A stretch of DNA of 64,000 nt, taken from assembly GCF_964194155.1 (NCBI RefSeq), contig NC_135884.1, forward strand, positions 21,638,001 to 21,702,000, written 5' to 3'. Position numbers and translations under genes: made by a program. Below the pieces are notes generated by a model. It made no database searches and had not been told where the DNA came from. It saw only the letters and a program-made list of their open reading frames with translations. The stretch's first letter is position 1. Each line of letters opens with the position of its first letter. Below, in pieces: positions 13,780 to 27,271 of the stretch. Source of the DNA: Cetorhinus maximus (taxonomy: Eukaryota).

Positions 13780-14135
13780 TTGTTAATGTTTAGATTAGAC
13801 AACCATTGAGTTCAGTGATTTGTAAGCATGGAGAATAAGACACCATCTAGTTCAATGAACTGTGACAATATGGAATAGCTGCCATCTGTTTTAGTGATTC
13901 GTTAACATTTAGATTAGACACCAGCTAATTCAGTGAATTGTTCACATACAGAATACATCACAATCAGTTGAATGAATTGTTAGTTCATAGAATAAACCAT
14001 CTAGTTCAGTGAATTGTTAACTTATAGAATAAACTCTGTCCAGTACAGTGACTGGTTAATATATAGAACAAATCAGTATCTATTTAAGTGCTTGTTAACA
14101 TGTGGAATAGATCACCATCTGGCCCAGTGAATACA
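13780..14135 (+). repeat. Degenerate minisatellite, ~39-bp unit, ~9 copies
   Basis: Recurring unit close to CCATCTAGTTCAGTGAATTGTTAACATATAGAATAGA(CA). Confidence 0.8.
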
Positions 14136-14569
14136 GATTTGACGTAAGTATACAAAACTGGGTGAAATCCTGATCCAACAGAGGAATTAAAATAGAAAGA
14201 GAGGGCAGGTCCTGACTGAATCAGTAAAATTTTTATGAGTTGAATGGACTGCTCACATTCTTATCTGTTATGTCCTTATATTCTAATTGTCCAACCATTT
14301 GGCATTAGTAGAATTCTAGGAGTAAAATACAAATTAAGAATAACTAATGTTGTATGTAAGCAGTACAATGAGCCAGCTGGTTTGTATATTACACTCATGC
14401 AATCTTTGATTTGCTGCACCTTCATCTATCTTTATTACTCAGGTGTAATGTCTCTTTATCTTGATCTAGAATGTGCTAAATAATTTTACACATTAATTTG
14501 CTTGGTTTTAAGACATTATAAAGGTTATTTTTAAAAAATCCATGTTATACTGTAAAACATTTTATGTTC

Positions 14570-15020
14570 GTCATTGGCACCTTTCCACCTACAAAAGATG
14601 ATGAACGTGCAGCAACAATCCATTTCAGGCGTGGTGTCTTCATGTGGTGCACCTTTGCTGATGGCTAAAGAGGCCAATCCTTGAGAAGCAGGTTCTGCCA
14701 CAAGTGCCGCACATGAAGCTTCCACTTGTCGTTGTGGGCTGTTGTTTTCAGCATTGGCAGCTGTTGCCAGGCTGCAGTAGCCACTGGTCATCATGGTTCA
14801 TGACAGCCTACAGGAGGTGTCGCCATTTTCCTCTGTCATCAGCTACTGACTCCCAGGTGTGATAATCGATGTCTAGGGTCTTCATATCATGCTTGCAAGC
14901 ATCCTTGAAGTGGAGATTTGGGCATCCCATTGGTCATTTGACTCTGGCATCCTCCCCATACTAAAAGTCCTTGGGTACGCGGCTGCCTTCGATCCTATGG
15001 ATGGAACGAATGCACAGATA
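14570..15020 (-). mobile_element. RTE-like LINE 3' fragment
   Basis: The minus strand gives decayed PKDF-YGE, FKDACKHDMK and CGTCGRTC motifs. Confidence 0.6.
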
Positions 15021-15092
15021 TGACGGACCAAATGGACTCCTTCTGAGCTGTAGCTATTCTATGATTCCATGAAATATAAAAACAGATGGCAA

Positions 15093-18000
15093 ATTTATGT
15101 TTTTGGTTATCAGGTTCGCTTTATCCTGTGAACGCTAGCTGCGCCCTTGATATTAACACATTAGTTGGGGCTTAAAACAATTCAGGCAGAGAGACTGATT
15201 AACTGAACAAACACTGGTAGTTTATTGGAACTAAGAACAGAGCACTAACACTATGTGTGCTTCTTCAATCACCTCCACTCTAGACTTCCAGTTAGCCAAG
15301 AAGCCCCTGCTGTGTAGGGATCTGTCAATACAGATACATGGTCAACTAACTACATTCTCTTAAAGGTACATAGCACTCCATTTTACCACATCCCTCCCCC
15401 TTTACTTGTAAGTACAATTGACAAGCATCACAACATCCCAATTATTTTCATGAATAACTATTTACAAGTCAAGTCACTCAGGACACCTTGGACATGTCGA
15501 GCATCGTAGCTCAACGGCCTCAGCTGGTTTTTCCGAGACTCCCTTCTCGGGTCAACTGTCCACTGGGCTCTTGAGTGGATGTGGGCAAGTTTGTGTCTTC
15601 AGCCCTCTCGGGTTCAAAGGCCCCACCAAATTGTGTGATATTTCTTCCACATGCAGTGCAGACTCAAATGCAAATGATGACGGCATTCCCTCTTGTGGGA
15701 CTGTCTCTCTTCTCCAGGGATAATCCACGTGTCATCTAATTATTCGGCCATTTACCAACACATTATAGGAGAGAGGTCCTGTTGAGGCACTCACTTTGCC
15801 TAATAGCCAATTGGGTCCATCTGCAAAATTCTTCGTGAGAACTGTTTCTCCCACATGAAATTGCTTTCATGATCATGGCCTTCATGTCTAGCCTTCTGGG
15901 CCTCTTGGCTGTTCCCCACCCTCCCCCCTAAATTCGACTTGATAAGAGTTAGGTGGGTGCGGAGACTTCTCTTCATTAGTAATTCAGTAGGGGCAATACC
16001 GGTGGCCGTGTGTGGTGTTGTCCGTATGCAAACAGGAACCATGACAATCTGGCGTTGATGGAATCCCCGTCCAGCTTTTTCATCCCGGACTTAAAAGTTT
16101 GGACCCCGTGCTCAGTCAAACCATTAGAGGCGGAGTGGTAAGGTGAGGTTTTGATATGAGTTATTCTGTTGAGGGTTGTAAACCTGTGGAACTCCCTACT
16201 GGTAAATGCAGTCCCATCGTCTGATACGAGACCTCTGATAACCCATGCACTGCAAAAGTCTGTTGCAAACAATCTATGGTGCCAGCAGATGTGGGTGACC
16301 GGACTTCATAGACATCCATCCACTTGGAATAGGTGTCTATTAATAAAAGGAACATCGTGCCCAAGGAGGGCCCCACATAGTCAATGTGGAGGCACACCCA
16401 TGGTGGCCCCGGCCATTCCCAGGGGTGCAATGGAGCTAAGGGGGGGGGGTGGGGGGTAGCTTTTGCACCTGCTGGCATTGAAGACAACTTTTGACTAGGG
16501 TTTCAATGTCCACGTCCATCCCTGACCACCACAAATAGTTGTGCGTGAGCATCTTCATCCTACTAATACCAGGGTGAGCGCTATGTAATTCGGCCAGTAA
16601 TGGTCTTCGCCCTCTTGGTAACTCTTGCTCTCCAGAGCAATATGCTATTCTGGCAGCTAAGCTCATATCTGCAATTGAAATAGGGTTTCATGTCATCAGA
16701 CTTTGGCTTGCCTGACCATCCATTCAAGACCCGCCCCGGGACGTGAGATAAAAGTGGACCTCGGCTTGTCCACTCACGGATTTGTTTGGCCTGGACTGGG
16801 GAGGAATCCAAAACATTTAGTACTAAGGAAAGTTCCTGGGGAGTTTGAACCTTCTCGTTGTTACCTGGCAGGGGGAGGCGGTTCAGCGAGTCAGCATGTG
16901 CAATCTGGCTTCCCGATCGGTGAATAAAAGTGTATTCGTAAGCAGCCAATATCAGTGCCAACCTCTGGAAGCGAGCAGGTACGATGGGGGGGTATCACCT
17001 TATCCTCTGCAAATAATCTCAGCAGAGTCTTGAGGTAGGATATAATATGAAAGTGGTGACAGTGGAGGTATTAATGGAATTTCCGAACACCAAACACAAC
17101 AGACAAGCCCTCCTTCTCAATTTGAGAATATCGTTTCCTCTGCAGCACTGAGCGTATGAAATGTACAACCAATGGGACGTTCAGAGCCATCCGCCTTCCG
17201 ATGTGAAAGTACAGCACCTACTCCATAAGGGGATGCGTCGCAAGTTAAAATCAATTCTTTCTTTGGGTCAAAGTGGACCAGTAGGGCTGATGATCTTAAC
17301 AATTGCTTTACCTTCAGAAACGCCTCCTGGTACGGAGCTTGCTAAATCCATTTATGGTTTTTTTTTTAAGCAATGCGTATAATGGACCCAGTACGGTCGA
17401 TAGATTTGGGAGAAATCGTCCATAGTAATTTATCATGCCTAAGAAGGCCTTTAGTTCTGTAGTGTTTCTTGGTGCAGGTACCTCGCAAATAGTCTTGACC
17501 TTTTCTTCCACAGGATGCGAGCCCTGTGTGTCGACCTTACGGTCCAAGTAAACTACCTCTTTGGCTTGGAAAAGACATTTTTCTCGCTTCAAGCGCACAC
17601 CCACTTGTGAGAAGCATTTCAGCACCTCCTCCAAATTAGCTACGTGTTCTTTGTCAGTTTGTCTAGTGACTAAGACATCATCCAGATAAACAATGACGTG
17701 GGGCAGTCCCTGAAGTAGATTTTCCATGGTATGCTGGAAAATAGCATATGCCAATGAGACCCCAAAGGGTAGTTGAGTGTATTGATACAATCCTCGATGT
17801 GTATTGATGGTCGCAAATTACACCTTCTTCCAACTCTACCTGCTGGTAGGCGTGGCTCATGTTGAGTTTTGAATATGTGATGCCCCCTGCCAATTTTGAC
17901 TATAATTTGTCAATCTTCAGTATTAAGTGTCTATCAAGTTTGGCCATTCTGTTTACAGTTAACTTATAGTCACCACATAAGCGAACACTTTGGTCTGGCT

Positions 18001-19822
18001 TCAGTATGGGTACTATGGGTGCCGCCCATTCGAAAAATTACACCGGTTGTAAGATACCCAATTTTTCCAGCCTGTTTACTTCAGTCTCGACCTTGTCCTG
18101 TAGAGCATATGGTCTCTGATAAATCTGAGGGTTGTGTTAGGGCCTATGTGGCGTTCAGCTTGTAGTGCACGAATCCTTCCTAGCTCGTCACTGAAAATGG
18201 AAGTGTACTTTGGTAACAATTCCTGTAAGTTTCTCGTTCTGATTTGAAAAATCTCGGCCCATTGCAATTTAATCTTTTTGAGCCTGTTGCAACCAATTAA
18301 ACTGGGGCCCTCCCCAGCTACTACTATAAGCGGTAAATTTGCAGACTGATCCCCATACTGCACCAGGATTTGACATATCCCTTTCACTGTCATTTCTTCA
18401 CCTCTATATGTTTTTAATCTAGTGTCTGATTGTTTCAGACTTAAAGGATGGACTCCTTTATTCAAGTGTCTGAACATATATTCTCCTATGGCAGACATTG
18501 ATGGCCCAGTATCGACCTCCATCTTGATGGGCTGTCCGTTGACTCTAATGACTACCTGGATTGGTTAAGTTCTATTCACTTTCAGGTTGTATGATGAATA
18601 GATGGCAGATTCTACTTTCTCAGGATCTTCAACGAGACAGATTTCGCAATTTCTACCTTTGTTTTTAAAATGCTGTCTCAGCCTATCTTGAGAGTGCCGC
18701 ATTATGTGACCATTACAGTGCAGAGAAAGCATTCGATATTTCTGAACTGTCGATCGCCTGCAGGCTGCCTGGATGAATTTCTCTCATTAATGTCGTGGGT
18801 GTTCACTGTAGTTCTTCAATGGTCTGCACATAGTGGGCATTCCCCACCTTTCTGTGGAGTCCAAAGTTTTTGTGCCTTTTGTTACCGGCCCTTCCCGCCC
18901 AACAAGATGAGCGGTGCCACTTTGTGTTTCTTTTATTGCCTCCGAGTCTCTAACAGTGCTTTCCATGGCTGTCGCCAATTCTAATGCCTTACTGAAGTCT
19001 AGGTTAGTTTCAGATAGGAATCGCTTTTGAATAGCATCGTCCCTGATTCCGCATATCAATTGGTCTCTCAACAGGTCATTAATTGAAGTCACGAACTTAC
19101 AATATTCTCTTAAGCAGCTACATAGCCAGCGATTGTCTTTCCTGGAAGCCAATTCCTCAAATTGAATTTAAAACTGAGGGCTTTGGCTTCAGGTGGTTTT
19201 TTACAATGTTTACTAGCTCATCAAAAATTTTCATATCGGGGTGTTAGGTGACGTTAGGCTGTGGATCAGCCTATGCATTTTGCTCCCACATGTGGACAAA
19301 AGAATCACCATCTTCTTGTCCTCCCCCGCTATGTCATTAGCGGTAAAGAAGAACTCTAGGCATTCGATGTAATGAGGCCAGTCATCGGAAATGGGATCGA
19401 ATGGTTCAAAATGCCCAAAGTGCAGTATATTCGATGACTAAGGAGGAACAGCTTTCAAGATAGTGGCGAAATAACATAGCTGGCTTACCATTTTCAATTG
19501 ATCCAGTTTATCCTCGTTGCCAGTTTTATGGTTTTGGTTATCAGGTTCGCTTTGTCTGGCGAACGCTAGTTGCGCCCTTGATATTAACACATTAGTTGGT
19601 GCTTGAAACAATATAGGCAGAGAGACTGATTAACTGAACAAACACTGTTAGTTTATTGGAACTAAGAACAGAGCACTAACATCATGTGTGCTTCTTCAAT
19701 CATCTCCAGCTCTAGACATCCAGTTACCCAAGAAGCCCCTGCTGTGTAGTGATTGGTCAATACAATCACATGGTCAACTAATTACATTCTCTTAAAGGTG
19801 CATAGCACTCCCCTTTACCATA
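15093..19822 (-). mobile_element. Full-length decayed Gypsy/Ty3 LTR retrotransposon
   Basis: Direct LTRs at 15093-15390 and 19524-19822, TSD-like GCAA/GTAA, PBS TGGCAACGAGGAT (19510-19522, tRNA-Ser(GCT)-like) and PPT AAGGGGGAGGGA. Minus-strand ORF pieces run gag (LRDQLICGI), protease (EVDTG), RT (YLDDVL), RNaseH ([13 protein letters not shown]) and integrase (HIDYVGP, SPYHSASNG), with many frameshifts. Confidence 0.93.
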
Positions 19823-21467
19823 GTAAGTAATTCTACAAGTATATAAAAAGGAAGAGAGTAGGTAGAGTAAACATTGGTCCCTTAGAGGATGGAACTGGGG
19901 AATTAATAATGGAAAACAAGGAAAGAAAAGGTACTACGAAAACTAATGGGACTAAAGGTTGACAAGTCCCCTGGACCTTGAGGCCTTCATCCTACTGTCT
20001 TAAAAGAAGCGGCTGCAGAGATAGTGCATGTATTGGTTGCAATCTTCCAAAATTCTCTTGAATTTGGAAAGGTCCCAGTGGATTGGAAAACTGAAAATGT
20101 ACACCCCCATTCAAGAAAGGAGGGCAACCTTAAACAGGAAACTATAGGCCAATTAGCCTAACATGGTCATTGGGAAAGTGCTGGAATCCATTATTAAGGA
20201 AGGAGGAGCAGGACATTTAGAAAATCTCATGTAATCAAGCAGAGTCAACGTGGTTTTTTTGAAAGGCAAATTATGATTGACAAGTTTATTGGTGTTCTTT
20301 GAAGATGTAATAAGTGAGGTGGATAAAGAGGGACTAGTAGATGTAATGTATTTGGATTTCCAAAAGGTATTTCACAGGGTGCCATGTAACGGTTACTGAG
20401 CCAAGATAAGTAATGACTCATGGTGTTGGGGGTAATGTATTAGCATGGATAGAGAATGGGCTAACTAACAGAAAATAAAGAGTTGGGTTAAATGGATTGT
20501 TTTTAAATTTGTAAACTGTAACTAGTGATGCGCAACAGGGAATAGTGCTGGGACATCAGCTATTTTCAAACTATATTAATGACTTGGATGAAGGGACTGA
20601 CTGTATTGTAACCAAATTTGCTGCTGATAGAAAGATAGATGGGAAAGCAAGTTGTGAGGAGGACACATAAGTGTCTGCAAAGGGGTAGAGGTATGTTACG
20701 TGAATGGGCAAAAATTTGGCAGATGGAGTATAATGTGGGAATTGTGAGGTTACCCACTTGGATAGAAAAAATAGAAAAACAGAATATTATTTAAATGATT
20801 ATAGAATGCTGTGGTACAGAGGGATCAAAATGTTCTTGTAGATGAATCACAAAAGGTTAGCATGCAGATACAGCAAGTAATTAGGAAGGCAAATAGAATG
20901 TTGGCCTTTATTATAAGGGGGATGGAGTATAAAAGTAGGGAAGGTTTGCCACAATTGCACAGGGAACTGGTGAGACCACAATTTGACAACTCTGTAGTTT
21001 TGCATTGGAGGTAGTTCAGGAAAGATTCACCAGGATGATTCCTGGGATGAAGCGGTTGTCTTATGAGGAAAGGTTGAGTAGGTTTCACCTAGTTTAGAAG
21101 AATGAGAAAGGATCTTATTGAAACATATAAGATTCTGGGGAGGCTTGACCGTGTAGATGTTGAGAGGGTGTGGACAAATCTAGAATCGGGAGGGGAGAGC
21201 TTCAGAGTGAGGAGCTGCCTATTTAAGACGGAGATGAGGGGGAATTCCTTATCTCAGAGGGTCATGAATCTTCTGAATTCTGTATCCAGAGAGCTGTGAA
21301 GGCTGGGTCATTGAATATGTTCAATCAGACAGACTCTTGGACTACAAAGGAAATGGCCAGGAAAATGGAGCTGAGGCCAAGAACAGACCAGCCATGATCT
21401 TATTGAATGGCAGAGCAGGCTCAAGAGGCCATATGGCCTTCTCCTGCTCTATTTCTTATGTTCTTAT
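19823..21467 (+). mobile_element. Decayed CR1 ORF2 3' half
   Basis: Similar to the 42340-44000 part of the full-length copy (gacaagtcccctggacc, ggaaactataggcca, ttatgttctta tail). Confidence 0.85.
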
Positions 21468-22659
21468 ATTCTTCAATATTTGGTTGCAAGATGAATCAGG
21501 AAGGACAGTAATGGCAATCAACATTCAAACCCCATATTAAAATATCCTAACTACTTCATAGCAATCATTTGCTAGTATGTAGTATAAAATGTTTGGATGT
21601 TAAGCAACTACCCATAAAGGCAATGAGCGGGTGAGGCGGTAGCTGTAATTTTCCGTCCCCACTCGCCCCGGGAATCGTCGCGGGCAGGATGGAAAATTTG
21701 ACGGACCTTCAGGTGGGAATTTCCGGTCCCATGACAGGTGGGTGGGCACCCAGTGAGCAGGTGGTTTGGGGAGGAAAGCCGCAAGCAGGAGTCGGGGGTA
21801 AGAGGGTCGATGAGCGGGAAGGTGAGCTGTTTTTAAGTGGGGCTTTTCTTGTGTGCTGGGGGTGGGGCGACCCTGCGCCTGGTGCAGTGTGAGGCCTGAG
21901 TGCAGGCATGCTGGAAGCCATGGGGTTGGGGGTTGGATTGGCCCTGGGAGCCGCTGTTTGGGATTGGGGAAGGGAGCCCTCCCTTCAGCGCTCCAGCAAC
22001 CCAGGGGAGCTGCTCTCCCAGCACCGGGGGTCCAGGTGGGGCATCCCTGAGGCCTCGTGTGGCAGGGGGAGGCTCACAGATTAACCAGAGGCCGCATGTT
22101 TCTGGCCTGGATTTTAGTGCTAAGTGAGCGGAAAATTGGAAATAGCTAGTGTCATAGTAAGGCGTCATTACTTTATTTGGGAGGATTTTGCTGTGGTGAG
22201 GAGTTATCTTGTGAGATTTAGAGCTGAGGCCAAGGTGAGGTTTATTGAATGAATATTGGGGAATTTAGTATTGTGGTGAGGAATTTATTACTATGGTGAG
22301 GGGCTTTTGGGAGGGGGTGGTTAGTGCTGTGGTGGGGACCTTTTGGGAGGTTTTATTGCTGAGCGGGTTTTACTGAGGGAGTTAAATTGCTGAGGCGGTG
22401 GGCTAGCGAGGGGGTTTAACTTAACTTAGTTGGCCGAGATGGGAGCTCCATCAAGGGGGGTTAGTGGCTAGGCTGGGTCTTGCCGGCGGGCACCGGAGGT
22501 GGGGACTGACCATCACGAGAGGGTTAGGGAAGGGCACACCTGGAGGGCAAGATTGCATCTATGCCTGTGGAAACCTGGGCCTTGCTGGTCAGTGCCTTTC
22601 AACATTAACAGCAACAACATCTCAAATTAATGGACAAGGAAGTTGGAAGTAAGCCCGAC

Positions 22660-24030
22660 ACAAAATCTGGAGTAGAGTTCCATTAGATGGTTGGTGTTTG
22701 TCTCAAATTAGCACCTTTCTGCAACTGACCACCTGCAACTCCTGCAACTGGATACCGACCTACAAGGTTGAGAGGGGGGTCCAGATGCTAGGCAAGTTGC
22801 ACCTCCTAAAACCATGCCTAGGCTACGCAGCAAACAAAGAAAGATAACCTTTCAGCTGGAAGGTGATGACTTTGTGCCTTGGCATGATCAATGGTCCACA
22901 CTCCAAGGCAAGTCTACTTAAGTCGGTCCTGATTGACGGTGAGCTACACAAGCTTGGTGTTGACATTGCCGCTCTACAAAGAACCAGATTAGCCAACACA
23001 GGCTCTATTTGTGAGACTAATTACACCTTCTACTGGCCTGGAAAGGGTGCTGAAGACCACCGTGAGCTTGGTGTAGGCTATGCAGCGAGCAGCTGACACA
23101 GTCAAATGAGTTGCCAGTAGCAACCTCACATCTCATTTCCCTGAAGTTATCATCTGATGGAGGCACAGTCAACATGGTATACACCTAGGCAGCAACTCTG
23201 TATACCATCATCTCAACAAACTGCATTTCTATGACCGTTGGTGACGTTCAGAGGAATATTCCAAATGGCAAGAAGCTTGGGTGATTTGAATACATGTATT
23301 CAGGCATACAGTGATTCATGGCCATTGTGTCTTAGTTGCCATGGGGTGGGCAAGATCAATGATAATGGACAATGCCTTTTTAAGCTTTGTGCCCTGAATG
23401 AACTCTGCATCACCAACACCTTCTTCCAAGGTAGACATCGCCAAAAGGTATCATGTCATTAACAAAAGTCTGAACGATGGCACCGACTAGATCTGGTTGT
23501 CGTAAGAAGATGTGATCTGCCCAGTGTTCTCCGCACCTCACATCCCACAGGGACTGGAACACCAACCACTCTCATCAACAGTAGCGTGAAGGTGCACCCC
23601 TGAAAGTTTCACAGTTCCAAAGACGCACGCATCAACATTCCTTGCACATGTAATGATGCCAAAATCCAGCACTATTGCTAGAACCTTTACTACGCACTAA
23701 AGGTTTGCCAGGATGTGCCAATGCTGGTATCGATGAAGCTTGGAAGTCACAAAGCTCAATCATCTGTAAAGCAGCAGAAGCACTATTTGGTAAAGGCTGA
23801 ACCTGCCACAAGAACTGGTTTGAGACCTACTCAGCTGTAATGACATCTGTCATTGGTGCAAAAAAACAAAGCCTAAATGATACACAACATAAACTCAATA
23901 GCTCAAACACTGCACAACCTGAAAGTAGCCAAGACAAGCCATGCAAAAGAGAAGAGACACGGCGTAAATAAATACTTGATCAGCTTATGTCAAGAAATCA
24001 AAACTGCCTGTTTCAATGGAAATCTCGGAG
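22660..24030 (+). mobile_element. RTE-clade LINE 5' fragment (endonuclease)
   Basis: ELHKLGVDIAALQRTRLANTGSICETNYTFYW, LGDLN, GVGKINDNGQ and NELCITNTFF motifs. Confidence 0.8.
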
Positions 24031-24318
24031 CTGTTACAATCAGGTGAGGAGAGGTGGAATGGCTCCCCTCTTTCCCTACTCCTTATTTGACTATAACAGG
24101 CTTTTATTTTACAAAGGATGTGCTTGCCAAATCAATAAGTGTTTAACTGTTTACGTGCCGTGACTATAAAAGACACAAACCAACAGGTTTCCTTAAGTTT
24201 TTTAGGAAAGAGGTGTTTATTGTACTTAACCTCGTCTAAAAGAATTAATAAAAATGCTCCAACTTTCTCTCGCACGTGCACTCACGCATGCATACAAGCA
24301 CACACATACATACACTTG

Positions 24319-24978
24319 GGGCAGAATTTTACATCCCGCGGACGGGTGCATGCCCAACCGTTCAGGCATTAAATAGCGAGCGTCCCGCTGCATTCGCGCA
24401 CTTGCACAATATTTTGGTCGGCGGGCGCGCACGAGAGCCGGCAGCACGCCTGCTGACAATTAAGAGGCCTATTAAATGTATTAATTAAGTGTTATTTTTC
24501 GCTGTCCGTCCAACGTTACGGTTGATGGGTGGGCGAATTGGCCAGACGGCCTTTAGATTTTTGAGGAAACCTCAAACAGGGGCGGGATGAGGTTTCCGAT
24601 ATTAATTTTAAAAAAAAAAATGTTTTGAAAGAATTTTTATAATCCATATGTTCATGTGAAGGAGTCTGATGTGTGGACATTTTTTTCTGCATTTCCAAAT
24701 CTTTATTTCATGGTTTGAAATTCTTCAGCTCCCTGAGGCAGCTCTCTGCCTTCAGGGAGCTTTCAATGCACGCTCCCCCGAGCCCACGCAGACTTCAGCG
24801 CTCGCCACCCCCACCCCGGCAGCACTGAGCTTTTCAGTGTACATTGCACAATGGCTGGCCGTTAATTGGCCAGCCAGCATGAAATCACGATTGGGGGCCG
24901 ATGGCAGGCGGCGGGCCGTTTCTCAGCCACTCACGGGCTTGCCCACCACGCCTGCCCGACGACCTCAAAATCCTGTCC
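24319..24978. mobile_element. TIR element (Harbinger-like MITE), orientation A
   Basis: GGGCAGAATTTT...AAAATCCTGTCC, flanks TTG/ATG, internal hairpins shared with the other copies. Confidence 0.8.
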
Positions 24979-25559
24979 ATGAAGTTCACACGTACACACA
25001 TACATACATTTGAAGTTCAGATACACACAAATAGATTAGAGTAGAAGGATAGATTAAGTAATTTAAAGTCCAATAGAACTAAAGGGCATGTGGCTCCTGA
25101 AGATGCCGACTTGGCTGACTTTGGGCTGAACTCAGTAGTCCTTCTGGGTTCACCGTCAAGGCGGTATGAAGATGTAGATGGATGATTTATCTGTTCTTCT
25201 GGAGACAGCAGCTGCTGGTTTGAGTTCTTTGAACAGGTCTCTGCCTGTGGAATCTGGATAGTCAAAATTAGGGGGCAGGGTTCAAGACTTCCAAGTTGGA
25301 TGGTGAGAGAGAGAAACCCACTTAATTCCTCAGCATCTCAATTGCTTATGCTCTGGTCTGTAGAGAAAACAGGTGCTTAAACATACAAAGGGTTAGCTGG
25401 TTTGTCACATGGCCCTCTCTTTCCAACTGCCTAGTGACCCAAATATGGTCACGGCTAGTAGATTCCAGTTGTCTGGCTTATATGATTCAATTATGCCTGG
25501 GCACATTGCTTTCATTGTCAGAGTCCCATTCTCCAAATGATTATGTCTAATGGTTTGTC

Positions 25560-26330
25560 TCCACCCAGTTGAGCTGCAGGCACTTAGTCCAGTTGTTGTG
25601 GATTGCACTGGTGTTCACCAGTTCCCACATGCTGCAGCTGTAACACATCACCTGCCCTGCCATCTCTATTGTATTTTATCTAATTAATTAGGTTTCCAAG
25701 TTTTGAAATATCACTCAATTGTCTATTTATAATTATTAATCAATGTAATAACCTTGTTTAATTTATAAAATTTGGTTATGTGTGTTAAGTATTTACTATA
25801 ACTTAGCCCAGAGTCCTAATTTAACCTATTTGTTTATATTTTTTTTATATATCAAGCAGCACTCCTTCCACCACCCACCACCCCCCACCCAATCCTCAAC
25901 AAGTTCCCACACTTGCCAAATTCCCATGCACTCTGGCAAAATTGGCTTTCAGCTGAAGTTGCTCTGCACTAATTCTTGTATTACTAATTCACGTCTACTT
26001 ACCCTGAGTAAAATTTTTCATTTCTCAGCTCTTAATTTAAACTAATGCCCTAGCTTAGAGAGAAAAACAAGAGAAATACTTACCAATCAACCACTTATCT
26101 GCTTTCCTGTGACGTTGCAGTTCAGTTTTTCTTCCCCCATTTTCTCAAACCCCTGATTCGAAAGTGGTCCATCTCCTTCCGCTGCTGCTCTCAACTAATT
26201 CAGTCTGAGCCTTGAGCCTCGGGCTATACTGACACACCCCTCTGCTGCTGGTTTTCTCACAGGTCTGTCTGCTCCTGACACAGCTCCCACTAACCCTGTC
26301 TGAGCCTCGAACCTCAGGTTAAATTGAAAT
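25560..26330 (-). mobile_element. CR1 5'UTR and ORF1 N-terminal remnant
   Basis: The minus strand from ~25663 reads MAGQVMCYSCSMWELVNTSAIHNNWTKCLQL, similar to the CR1 ORF1 finger at 39307. The 5'UTR extent is a guess. Confidence 0.55.
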
Positions 26331-26586
26331 GTGCAGCCACCAGTTCCCTCAAAGTTCCATCTGCTCCTGCTGCTGCTGCTGCTTCCAACTATCATGACTT
26401 TTTTCCTAAATGTAAAAGGTCCTTAATTACTTGCAATAACTCAGTATCCTTCATTGAACCTAAAAGTATTCAAATACTCACTGTACAGTACAAGAATCAT
26501 TTTTCCCATGAGGCACTTCTGATTTATAAGCATGTCTGCACTGGCTGAACTAACGATAAGATTTCTTACTTACATGTGGGAACATG

Positions 26587-27271
26587 GGGCAGGATTTTCC
26601 CCTCGTCGGGGGAGTTTTGCGGGAGTGGGCACGAGCGGGTGGATTCCCGATCAGCACCCCCGGTCGGAGGCGCGCCGCCATTTTACGTGGACAGGCCAAT
26701 TAAGGCCCGCCCAGCGTGACGTCCGTGAATCAGGAAGTGCTATGCGCTCCCTGTGCGGGCGGGGTGGGGATTCCCTGAGCCGGGAGTGCGCTCCCTCGCG
26801 CATGCGCACGAAAAAGCGCAATCATCTCCCTGAGGCTAAGTGCTGCCTCAGGGAGATGGGCTCAGGTTTGAAACATTAAATAAAGATGAGAAAAAAAATT
26901 ACTGACATGTCCCCTCATGTGCTGCTGTCACATGAGGTGGGACATGTCAATTTCTTCTACTTAGAGATTTCATACAAATTTTAATCCCCTCATGAAACCT
27001 CATCCCGCCCATGGATGAAGTTTCATGTTTTTTCAGAAGCCTGCCTGGGCTCCCGGCCTGACCGCCAACCTTAAGGTTGGACGGGCTGGTCCATTAATCA
27101 CTTTAATTACTTTTTTAATGGCCTTAATAGGCCTTTGACAGTTCAGCTGCACGCTCACTGAACTGAAAATCTAAATGACGTGGGGTGACGTTGGGACGCA
27201 CGCCCAGTGTCACCACACGTCATTTTACACGTCGACGAGCGGGCCCTGCCCCCGACTGGAAGAAGCAGCCC
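26587..27271. mobile_element. TIR element (Harbinger-like MITE), orientation B
   Basis: GGGCAGGATTTT start, degenerate right end AAGCAGCCC, TSD ATG/ATG. Confidence 0.8.

Noticed and set aside
13780-14135. CRISPR-like periodicity
   Set aside because: The units are contiguous and degenerate with no unique spacers or cas genes, and the context is a vertebrate intron. It is a minisatellite.
15800-19152. Domesticated Gypsy-derived gene
   Set aside because: There are many stops and frameshifts and both LTRs are present, so it is a decaying insertion.
24032-25550. Possible solo LTR on the minus strand around a MITE
   Set aside because: It has a TGTTAC start and a minus-strand AATAAA, but I could not identify the other end or a TSD.
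26532-26879. Recurring peptide WAGQLRPAQRD in several ORFs (also 42134, 44646, 55448, 61161)
   Set aside because: Start points and lengths differ between copies. It is a translation of the non-coding MITE motif GGCCAATTAAGGCCCGCCCAGC.
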